64,000 nt of DNA from Minisyncoccota bacterium (GTDB lineage Bacteria; Patescibacteriota; Microgenomatia; UBA1400; PJMF01): NCBI GenBank assembly GCA_012515515.1, contig JAAYYE010000013.1, forward strand, positions 2,293 through 66,292, written 5' to 3'. Both the position numbers and the translations under genes were made by a program. Positions 49,401-56,723 of the stretch are shown in pieces. Under the pieces are notes generated by a model, which worked only from the letters and a program-made list of their open reading frames with translations, did no database searches and was not told the DNA's origin. Position 1 is the first letter of the stretch. Every line of letters begins with the position of its first letter.

Positions 49401-50927
49401 AGCAAAATCCCAATTAAGTAATAATTCTCGAATCTGACTTAATTCAGGATAGCTTTGGACTGCTTGCTCTAATAGTTCTGGCCAATCTGTTCTTTGAGCC
49501 AGTCGCTTGAGAGCAGCGTTGGCATGAATAAGTCGGTATCCCACCTGATCATTATCAGTAGCAGCGATGATAACTAAATTTTTAATAGTATTGGGAGTTG
49601 GATAATGAACCAACTTATCAATATAACCACCTTCAGTATCGCTTAATGATTGATCCATTAAAATTGTATAGATTTGATCATCAAAACTTTTAATTAAAGA
49701 AGCATATGTTGCCTGTGCTGTCTTTGATTTCTTAACAGCATTAAAATAACCCAAGTCCACTTGGTCTATAAACTCATCTACTTGCCAATTACCGTACCTG
49801 TTATAACCAGGTTGTAAATGTTTGCTTAAGTAGGGGATAAGCTTGTTTCTAATTTGATCGGGTAAATTTTCTAAGAAAGCTTGCTGAACTTCGCCTTCTT
49901 GGTCGTAAGCTAAGTCCATGAGTAAAGCCTGAATTATTTTTAGGTCTTCTTTTTGATATATGGATTGCAGCTGAGAGTCTACTGCATAAAAAGCAGAAGT
50001 GTTTTTTTCCATTTCCGCTCGCGCTTCTTGCTGTTTATCATCATTGCCGGCATTTCTAGCATCAATATATTTAGTCAAATTTTTCATGAACTTATCCACA
50101 TCTTGTTTGCTAAAATTTTCTCCCACCTGTGCTTCTAATTTAGTCAGGATTTCTGTATCAATGTATTCTTGAGTGATTTCTTGTCTAATCCAAGCTGAAT
50201 TTTCCACATTTTGTATAGGTTTTCTCCAGGCTTCCACCACTTGTTGAATATCTTCCTCTAAATAAAATGTGGCTTGAGTGGCTGAATATTGATCAAGCTT
50301 TATATTTGCATCTTCAATCGACTCGAGTTGTGATTCAAGCTTCTGCAATTCTTCGTTTAATTGTTCTTTCTCTGTTTGATAATTTTTTTCAACCAATTGT
50401 TGGCTAGATTCTTGGCTAGTGCTGAATATGCTTCTAATTTGTTTGGCAATTTTTTTATACCAGCTTGCCGAAGACGACTCTTCACTATCTCTGATTAGTT
50501 CTTGCTCTTGCTGGCGCTTTAATTCTGCTAGTGCCAAATCAAGCTCTGAAACTTGTTTTTCAAGTTGCAAAATGCTTTCTTTCAGAGAATTTTCTTCAAT
50601 AGTTAGTCGAGATTGGGCCTGATTAAGCGCTGGCCAATCAAGGTTTTCTGCTTTGACATTCTGCTGGAGTTGTTCGTCTGTGGGCACAGCTGCCAGAGCT
50701 ACTTCTAGGGAAAGCTCGCTGTGATCTTGATCTAGCTTAGGAATTAAATTCTGTTTAAAAGCTTCTAACTTTTTTTTGATGTTGGCAGTAATTAATTGAG
50801 CTTGAACAACTTCAGGATCCATTTTGGCTTCAGCTGGTCGCTGAACTTCATCTGTTAAAGGATTATTAACATTGGCTTGCTGATTGGCATTATTAAGTGA
50901 ATCCTTCATTAAGTTTAATCCTATCAA
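46389..50927 (-). CDS. Giant (1512 aa) cytoplasmic coiled-coil-rich protein with a distinct C-terminal globular Cys/His-containing domain
   Basis: No signal peptide or TM. N-terminal 350 aa heptad-like (LQLEKQVSELDLALAELKRQQEQE...). C-terminal about 170 aa ...MVGGVCVSQDNP...NRCLGLVLLHHFEEKGEK...IRTNRTGGKFEKAM... Asn/Lys-rich composition. Confidence 0.55.
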   Translation of the reverse strand: MIGLNLMKDSLNNANQQANVNNPLTDEVQRPAEAKMDPEVVQAQLITANIKKKLEAFKQNLIPKLDQDHSELSLEVALAAVPTDEQLQQNVKAENLDWPALNQAQSRLTIEENSLKESILQLEKQVSELDLALAELKRQQEQELIRDSEESSSASWYKKIAKQIRSIFSTSQESSQQLVEKNYQTEKEQLNEELQKLESQLESIEDANIKLDQYSATQATFYLEEDIQQVVEAWRKPIQNVENSAWIRQEITQEYIDTEILTKLEAQVGENFSKQDVDKFMKNLTKYIDARNAGNDDKQQEARAEMEKNTSAFYAVDSQLQSIYQKEDLKIIQALLMDLAYDQEGEVQQAFLENLPDQIRNKLIPYLSKHLQPGYNRYGNWQVDEFIDQVDLGYFNAVKKSKTAQATYASLIKSFDDQIYTILMDQSLSDTEGGYIDKLVHYPTPNTIKNLVIIAATDNDQVGYRLIHANAALKRLAQRTDWPELLEQAVQSYPELSQIRELLLNWDFAEYENYPNIKETSSQLAKRIYDDKSEDDRLRTMARNSLTNDTLVAETFTKGILSQEDVLAYQRASNLVLTLSQVDDDNLESIIEAHEIRMNLLNWEDIFRNILKNLNNADPQSDKYLDLLTNLRTFLYLTELWEKNQDNPKKLSFLTSYDFIGIVGSCGGKHSVSIEDLNFLADAYDSYPCLNNNKNWRKFQFFQHKLPYFFNKSGMDFYQKFDDKYGDSTQASNAEALVKILSSVVDGKLSKNNALNFYEHAPKLLNKDHLILISSPKFDFVSDEGLQFLTKFYQTCLENNSDQEISMEVLQAVGQGQIQPELSYDYIKILPHLFNKDQASLRLFIFNHGKDIANNAEDLKFLSRFIGIHGKKTLTILDEYVICIKAGIITSENRNKILNFTQKFRVLSPTIAEGYLKAEARNLEEAYVAELQQLGSQMISSEPIPEQDRQKLFYNDLLKAVYPNNAGNWGGLAKTKACVDRTADLTQFTYDQKYEIDLLAAAKIKVKEGEVINEPAIESLKKPILTLAEEMKASSFDLEKIQTELEEKVDALLENKLAAGGLKNLDLKQLNTLDEKMFILLADSVYTDKTVPHQELKDLILRYEFALFEDVRDYIQGTTDRVSQASNQEYALMCELHSFFTDRIKEVNRRLVKAGWENQVLKERMQEYFAKIVQEQAQAKLSDQSNRFRLDRLGMSDSFIAQISRTIEKRMGKKYPPETIKKLILYYENLTQGLSVDSTSEKSSTRAFYGQVKAQRTKTMEAVETLTGNSLNLQEFRLGDTSLEDLALSLAKIDTGEYDEEQFQALTALRFVNLFADEQNLLETELAKFESESGKQRQVINGFFSKTKESANARMVGGVCVSQDNPLANQSPEQQKPNMWDSENYFQLVLQDPDTNRCLGLVLLHHFEEKGEKVLSASLNPSSTFLYSTDEASMFNGLMKVLETFAKNNGFNKILLSKNGAIRTNRTGGKFEKAMDERVRQINKAFSFEEEKIFSYSPNYKLKDMNIVWEQQ

Positions 50928-51085
50928 ATATGAGGGCTGGGCTACAAGGGGGAGCTGGTGGGGGGGATTTTAGCTTTTGTACAAAATTGTTCAAAGAGGA
51001 GTTGGGAGAATTTTGTAGTAGTCAAATTAATGAATCAAAGATTTAATACAAGCCTAAAAAATATATTACTGTATAATCAGAAGTA

Positions 51086-51433
51086 ATGTCGAAAATTAAA
51101 GAACTTACTCAAAGATTAATTGATTTTCGTGAAGTTCGCAATTGGAAACAATTCCATAGCCCAAAGAATTTAGCAGAATCAATTTCTATAGAAGCAAATG
51201 AGCTGCTAGAACACTTTCAGTGGTTGGATTTAGAAGAAAGTAAAAGATATAGTGTGGAACACAAGCAAGAACTAGCAGAAGAAATTGCTGATGTTCTGAA
51301 TTATCTAGTTTTATTAGCTCATGACCTAGACATTGATTTGATTGAAGCTGCAATTAAAAAAATAGAGATAAATAATAAGAAATATCCAATAAAAAAGTCA
51401 AAAGGTATAAGCACAAAATATAATAGATTATAG
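51086..51433 (+). CDS. MazG-like / DCTPP1-like all-alpha NTP pyrophosphohydrolase
   Basis: FREVRNWKQFHSPKNLAESISIEANELLEHFQW ... EEIADVLNYLVLLAHDLDIDL ... NNKKYP aligns motif-by-motif with the DCTPP1/MazG-like family (RDWEQFHQPRNL...GELAELFQW...ELSDVLIYLV...RYP). Confidence 0.75.
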   Translation: MSKIKELTQRLIDFREVRNWKQFHSPKNLAESISIEANELLEHFQWLDLEESKRYSVEHKQELAEEIADVLNYLVLLAHDLDIDLIEAAIKKIEINNKKYPIKKSKGISTKYNRL

Positions 51434-51442
51434 AATTACAAA

Positions 51443-53305
51443 ATGGTTGTTTATAAAAATACAGCTACTGGATTTTGCTACGACGTTGAGACCAATAAGA
51501 TAGCTGACAGCATAGAATTAGCTTTCAAAAATAGTCTTGGTCGAAAAGTAAATCCCAGTGAAAAAAGTGCTTGGATAAACTCCATGTCATTTATGGAAAG
51601 AATAGTTCGTAATTCTGGAGTGGCTCAAGACTGTGGGGTTTTAATAGAATATAATATTCCAGCTACTTCTAAAAGAATAGATTTCATAATTGCTGGTTGC
51701 GACAGTGAAAACAAAAAAAAATTTGTTATTGTTGAACTTAAACAATGGCAGCTAGCGCATAACACTTTTAAAGATGGGCTTGTAACTAGTTTTTTTAGAG
51801 GTGGCGAAAGAGAAACTCCACATCCGTCTTATCAAGCATACTCTTACAAAAGTTTCTTAAAAGACTATAACGAGAATATTTATAACGGTAAAATTAATCC
51901 CTATTCATGTGCATATTTACACAATTATAAGGAAAAACACCCAGAGCCTCTAAAAGCTGATATATATAAAGAATATGTAGCTGATTCTCCAATTTACTTT
52001 CAAGATGACTTTGAAAAGTTAGCAAATTTTATAAAAATGCATGTTGGTAATGGCGGTGGGGAAGAAATTCTTTATGACATAGAGTCGGGGAGAATCAGGC
52101 CTAGTAAAAGATTAATTGACTGCGTAAACGCAATGTTTAAAGGCAATCAAGAATTTATTCTGTTGGACGAACAAAAGGTTGCCTATGAAACAGCTCTTCA
52201 TAATGCTATCAATAGTAAAGAAAAAACTGTGATTATTGTTAAAGGTGGCCCCGGCACTGGCAAATCAGTTGTTTCAATGAATTTATTTGGAGGATTACTC
52301 ACTAAACAGTTAAATACAGTTTTTGTAGCACCCAATGCCGCTTTTAGAAGTGTAATGAAACATAAATTAGCTGGAGAGGAAAGGAGAGAGAGATTAAATC
52401 ATTTGTTTAAAGGTTCGGCAGCTTTCTACGGATTACAAGATAACGTTTATGACGCAATTGTTGTTGATGAAGCGCATCGTTTAAAAAATTATAAAGCTTA
52501 CCAATATTTTGGACAAAATCAAATTGAAGATATTGTGAAGGCTGGTAAAACTAGTATTTTTTTTGTTGACGAAAATCAAATTATTCGTCCAGAAGACATA
52601 GGTTCGATTGAAGAAATTAAAAAAATAGCCAATCAACAACATGCAACAATTAATGAAATAGAACTACAGGCTCAATTTAGATGTTCTGGTTCAGACGGAT
52701 ATATAAATTGGTTAGATAATACTTTAAGAATCAAAGAAACAGCAAATTTTGATGGCTGGGAAGACAAAAACTTTGAATTTATTATTTTTGATGATCCGAA
52801 TGATTTAAGGCAAGCTATTAAGAATAAACAAAATCAGGGGTTTGATGCTCAATTGTTAGCAGGATACGCTTGGAAATGGACGAGTGCAAAAGAAGGCAAC
52901 TCTAATTCTCAGAGTGAAGATGTCCAGATACCAGAATACAACTTTAGTATGCCTTGGAATTCACGAAAAGCTGGGTCAAATTGGGCAATTGATGAAAGTA
53001 GCCATGAACAAATTGGTTGTGTGCATACAAGTCAAGGTTTAGAATTTGATTATGTGGGTGTAATCGTTGGCAATGATCTGCGCTTTGATAAAGAAAAATT
53101 TGAGTATTTTGTTCCCTGGAACTCTTATAAAGATATGGCTGGAAAAAAGGGTTTAAAAAATGAACCTGAAAAGCTATGCTTATTGGTAAAAAATATTTAT
53201 AAAATTTTAATGACCAGAGGTATTTATGGTTGCTATGTTTTTTTTCAAGACAAAAATTTGAAAGAGTTTATTGAAAGTAGATTGAAAAACGATTCATACA
53301 AGTAA
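51443..53305 (+). CDS. DUF2075-type protein: N-terminal PD-(D/E)xK nuclease-like domain fused to a Schlafen-like/SF1-like P-loop ATPase
   Basis: Putative nuclease core KRIDFIIAG...FVIVELKQW (D...ExK). Walker A VKGGPGTGKSVV. Walker B DAIVVDEAHRL. C-terminal CVHTSQGLEFDYVGVIVG typical of the DUF2075 / UvrD-like C-terminal region. 9 nt downstream of the MazG-like gene. Confidence 0.7.
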   Translation: MVVYKNTATGFCYDVETNKIADSIELAFKNSLGRKVNPSEKSAWINSMSFMERIVRNSGVAQDCGVLIEYNIPATSKRIDFIIAGCDSENKKKFVIVELKQWQLAHNTFKDGLVTSFFRGGERETPHPSYQAYSYKSFLKDYNENIYNGKINPYSCAYLHNYKEKHPEPLKADIYKEYVADSPIYFQDDFEKLANFIKMHVGNGGGEEILYDIESGRIRPSKRLIDCVNAMFKGNQEFILLDEQKVAYETALHNAINSKEKTVIIVKGGPGTGKSVVSMNLFGGLLTKQLNTVFVAPNAAFRSVMKHKLAGEERRERLNHLFKGSAAFYGLQDNVYDAIVVDEAHRLKNYKAYQYFGQNQIEDIVKAGKTSIFFVDENQIIRPEDIGSIEEIKKIANQQHATINEIELQAQFRCSGSDGYINWLDNTLRIKETANFDGWEDKNFEFIIFDDPNDLRQAIKNKQNQGFDAQLLAGYAWKWTSAKEGNSNSQSEDVQIPEYNFSMPWNSRKAGSNWAIDESSHEQIGCVHTSQGLEFDYVGVIVGNDLRFDKEKFEYFVPWNSYKDMAGKKGLKNEPEKLCLLVKNIYKILMTRGIYGCYVFFQDKNLKEFIESRLKNDSYK

Positions 53306-53309
53306 TTTC

Positions 53310-53495
53310 TTATTCTTTTAGTAATTTAGATTCATTGGTGAATCTGTTAATTGATATTTTTTTGAGAATTTTTTTACCCCGCTTGGTGTCAAAATGAATG
53401 ATTTTTAATTTTTGTTTTTTATTAATAAAGCGAAATTGACGTAATTTTAAATCTACAGTATATTTTTCAAAAGTTGGAAGCTTTGTTATTGCCAT
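53310..53495 (-). CDS. Hypothetical small basic (Lys-rich) protein
   Basis: 61-aa ORF MAITKLPTFEKYTVDLKLRQFRFINKKQKLKIIHFDTKRGKK... Start codon abuts a perfect palindrome. Confidence 0.3.
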   Translation of the reverse strand: MAITKLPTFEKYTVDLKLRQFRFINKKQKLKIIHFDTKRGKKILKKISINRFTNESKLLKE

Positions 53496-53525
53496 TGTAA
53501 CTATTTTTTAAAAAAATAGTTACAA
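53495..53525. promoter_or_regulatory. Perfect 31-bp palindrome (15-nt arms), putative operator
   Basis: TTGTAACTATTTTTT-A-AAAAAATAGTTACAA, followed by an extra GTTACAA half-site copy at about 53530-53536. Confidence 0.4.
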
Positions 53526-53588
53526 TTGTTGTTACAAATTAAAAAAATCACTTGCTGCATTTAATGTAAACTTATTCTAATTAATTTC

Positions 53589-53747
53589 TCACCCTCTCTC
53601 CCAATCCAATTCATCAATTAAGCCCTCGGCATTGTCTAGGTCACCTAGGTCAATTAATTCCTCGATTTCAGCACTTTCGTCATCTGTTAGCAGCTCTTCT
53701 ATATCCCCAAGCCTTGATGTCAGCTCATCTTGTCTTTCTACATCCAT
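53589..53747 (-). CDS. Possible small highly acidic protein (52 aa), not in the ORF track
   Basis: Hand translation gives MDVERQDELTSRLGDIEELLTDDESAEIEELIDLGDLDNAEGLIDELDWERG*. Divergent from the DUF2779 gene. Could be non-coding. Confidence 0.25.
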   Translation of the reverse strand: MDVERQDELTSRLGDIEELLTDDESAEIEELIDLGDLDNAEGLIDELDWERG

Positions 53748-53769
53748 TCTTTAATTATATAATCAAGTT

Positions 53770-55341
53770 ATGACCATTTCCAAATCCGATTACATGCTTT
53801 TTCTTCGCCATCCGGCTTGGTTGTGGCTTAAAAAACACCAGCCCCAGCGTTTGCCCGAAGCCGATGCCAATCTCCAGGATATTTTTGCCAGTGGCCATCA
53901 ATTTGAGGCTTATGCGGAACAGCTTTTTCTTGGTGCCGTTAAATTGGGCTTTGCTGGCTATGATCAATATTTGAGCCTGCCAGAGAAAACTCAAGCCTTA
54001 ATTGACCAGCACACTCCCTGTATTTTGCAGGGGAGGCTAGAAGTTGATGGTCTGACTTGTATTTTTGATGTGTTGGAGCGGGTGGATGAGCAGACTTTTA
54101 ATTTAATTGAAATCAAATCTAGTACTAAGGCAAAAAACGTTCATCTTTACGATTTAGCTTTTCAAAGCTTGATTTTAGAGCGTTTGGGCTGGCAGGTGGG
54201 GGAGATTAGTGTGTTGCACGCTAATAAAGATTATCTGCGCCAAGGGGCAATTGATCCCGAGCAGTTGTGTAGTCGTAGTGAGGTCACTCAAGAGGTAAAA
54301 GCCCTTTTACCACAGACTAAAGACTTAGTTGAGCTAGCCAAAACTGTGCTCAAGCAGCCAGAGCCACCGTCTTTTTCACCCAGTTTAGTTAATATGGCTG
54401 GGGTAAAAGAGACCAACTGGCTCAAAGAGTGGTTGGCTATTTATTTACAAGAACTCCATCCAGATTTAAACAAATACAATATTTATCAGTTAGCTGGAGC
54501 AAAAGCCGAGCAATTGGGCAAACTCGAAAAGCAGGGCATTCAGCTCTTAGCCGATATTCCTGACGAATTAACCCTCGGCACTAAACAAAAGTTGCAAATC
54601 CAGACCACTCGGACTGCTCAGCCCTTGATTAATCAGTTGGCAGTTAAGGATTTTTTAGCCAGTTTGCACTATCCTTTATATTTTTTAGATTATGAAACGA
54701 TGACCTCAGTCATTCCTTTTTTTGACGGGATGAGGCCTTATCAGGATTATCCTTTTCAGTATTCGCTACATTTATTAAGGGAACCTGCTAGCAAATTAGA
54801 GCATTTTGCCTATTTGCATCAAGACAAGAGCAATCCTTTGCCAGGATTAATTGCTCAATTAAAGCAGGATTTGGCTGAGCAGGGTAGTATTCTGACCTGG
54901 AACATGAGCTATGAAAAGGGTTGTCACCAGCGCTTGGCCGATTTTTGTCCAGAGAAAGCGGAGTTTTTTGAGCAAGTTAATGAGCGCATTGTGGATTTGA
55001 TGACCGTCTTTAAAAACTTAGATTTTGTCGATCGAGATTTTATGGGCAGTGCTAGTTTGAAAAATGTTTTGCCCGTTTTAGTTCCCGAATTAAGTTACGC
55101 TGATTTAAATGTTAGCGATGGCATGTTCGCTAGACGGCTGTGGACAGACACTATTTTGCTAGGTAAAAATAAGCGGGAGAAAGAGGCAATTTTGCAAGAT
55201 TTGCTGGATTATTGTACTCTAGATACCTACGGCATGGTTCGGATTTTAGAGCTGTTGGAGAGGGTGGTGGAGGTGGAAAAGGCGGAGGGGGTGGAAAAGA
55301 TGAAAAAGGTGGAGAGCGCCACTCACACGCCCGACATGTGA
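53770..55341 (+). CDS. DUF2779-like protein: N-terminal RecB/Cas4-like PD-(D/E)xK nuclease plus C-terminal DnaQ-like (DEDD) 3'-5' exonuclease domain
   Basis: N-terminus MTISKSDYMLFL (DUF2779 ISKS signature). Nuclease motifs FDVLERVD...LIEIKSS and QSLILERLGW (QxxxY-like). C-terminal YFLDYETMT (Exo I DxE), WNMSYEKG (Exo II-like) and LLDYCTLDTYGMVRIL (Exo III Y...D). Confidence 0.6.
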   Translation: MTISKSDYMLFLRHPAWLWLKKHQPQRLPEADANLQDIFASGHQFEAYAEQLFLGAVKLGFAGYDQYLSLPEKTQALIDQHTPCILQGRLEVDGLTCIFDVLERVDEQTFNLIEIKSSTKAKNVHLYDLAFQSLILERLGWQVGEISVLHANKDYLRQGAIDPEQLCSRSEVTQEVKALLPQTKDLVELAKTVLKQPEPPSFSPSLVNMAGVKETNWLKEWLAIYLQELHPDLNKYNIYQLAGAKAEQLGKLEKQGIQLLADIPDELTLGTKQKLQIQTTRTAQPLINQLAVKDFLASLHYPLYFLDYETMTSVIPFFDGMRPYQDYPFQYSLHLLREPASKLEHFAYLHQDKSNPLPGLIAQLKQDLAEQGSILTWNMSYEKGCHQRLADFCPEKAEFFEQVNERIVDLMTVFKNLDFVDRDFMGSASLKNVLPVLVPELSYADLNVSDGMFARRLWTDTILLGKNKREKEAILQDLLDYCTLDTYGMVRILELLERVVEVEKAEGVEKMKKVESATHTPDM

Positions 55342-55505
55342 CTATGAGCGCAGTAAAAGAGTTTTTGCCAATCTAAGCGAGCTAGCGAATAGCAGCCAAA
55401 GATAAAATTATCTTAGATATAAAGAATGATTATTTTAGCTTATTACAGTATAAAATATAGTCATTATAGTATAAAATGTAGAGGCTATAAAAATAAAAGG
55501 ATTTT

Positions 55506-56723
55506 ATGGTCATTTCCAAAAAAACCAATTTTTTTATTTCCTTTGTTATTGTTTTTTCAGTATTATTGATTGGTTTTGGCTACAAATATAATGAGTGGTA
55601 TGTATTAAATTACTTAAATAATTTGCAAAGAGAGGCCGACCTTGCTGAATTGAAATTAATAGAAAAAAGCAACATACTAGCGCAGGACGATGAAGCGGTT
55701 AATGTTTTTATCGATTCTTTAACAGAAGAGCCTGATGTTATTGAAAGTAATTACAAAAAATTTAATTCTTATTTTTATTTAAACAAAATTACACATGAAG
55801 AGTACTATAAGCTTTTGCTTGATAACTATCATAAATATCAAAAAATAAATAAAAGAGCCACATTCTTACTTGGTTCAAAAAAAGAATTTGTCAATGAATT
55901 TCTTGATCTTACGAGCAATTATTATGAAAATGAGATAGAAAATAATGAAAATATAACAATATCGATAGCTTTTACGGAGAATCTTTATAAATTGTTAAAG
56001 GATCGATTAATTATTGAATATTATTTTTCTATATCTGATGATTTAGACGATCTAGCTAGCAACTTTGGACAAATTTCTAGTGCAGAAAAATACACGCATA
56101 CTGATTTTAAATTTGATCAAGAAGATGCAATTAGTTCTTATTATACTTCTGGATCAGAGTTACTAGACATTAATAAAAACTATATTTCTAGTTTATATTT
56201 GATTGCTAAAGACGTGGCAGCTGGTAATTATGAATCTGCAAGGTATAAACATGCTAGCCTGACGAATCAGGCAGCTGATTCTAACATTGATACTGACGAT
56301 GCATTTAGTGAAAACGAAGAGAGCAAAAGGAGATTGAGCCAAGAAATTGCGGCAATTAATATTAAAAAAATATTATTATTAGACGATTTGAATAAAAATC
56401 CCATTGATAATTATCCTTTTGTTGAATCATTAAAACCTTGGGAGGTTGATGCCCTTATTTGTAATTTATCTTGGTATAAAACCTCAATCTATGAAGATGT
56501 ATTTGATGAGATACCGATTGTTGATAATTTAGAAAACTTAATTGCTGAATTAAATAAAGTTCCACCAAGCACTGAACAACTAAGCGCAATTGTCAATTAT
56601 GAAACAAATAAAATTGAGTATGACACAGAAAATGGCAAATTAAGATTTATTTGTAAAGCAAATACCACAGGAGAAGAACTTGTTTTTATAACAGATTTAC
56701 CTCCTGCAGAAGAAAATGAGTAA
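55506..56723 (+). CDS. Hypothetical N-terminally anchored protein, very Asn/Lys/Ile/Tyr-rich
   Basis: 405-aa ORF. TM FFISFVIVFSVLLIGF. 8-nt overlap with the next ORF. Confidence 0.45.
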   Translation: MVISKKTNFFISFVIVFSVLLIGFGYKYNEWYVLNYLNNLQREADLAELKLIEKSNILAQDDEAVNVFIDSLTEEPDVIESNYKKFNSYFYLNKITHEEYYKLLLDNYHKYQKINKRATFLLGSKKEFVNEFLDLTSNYYENEIENNENITISIAFTENLYKLLKDRLIIEYYFSISDDLDDLASNFGQISSAEKYTHTDFKFDQEDAISSYYTSGSELLDINKNYISSLYLIAKDVAAGNYESARYKHASLTNQAADSNIDTDDAFSENEESKRRLSQEIAAINIKKILLLDDLNKNPIDNYPFVESLKPWEVDALICNLSWYKTSIYEDVFDEIPIVDNLENLIAELNKVPPSTEQLSAIVNYETNKIEYDTENGKLRFICKANTTGEELVFITDLPPAEENE

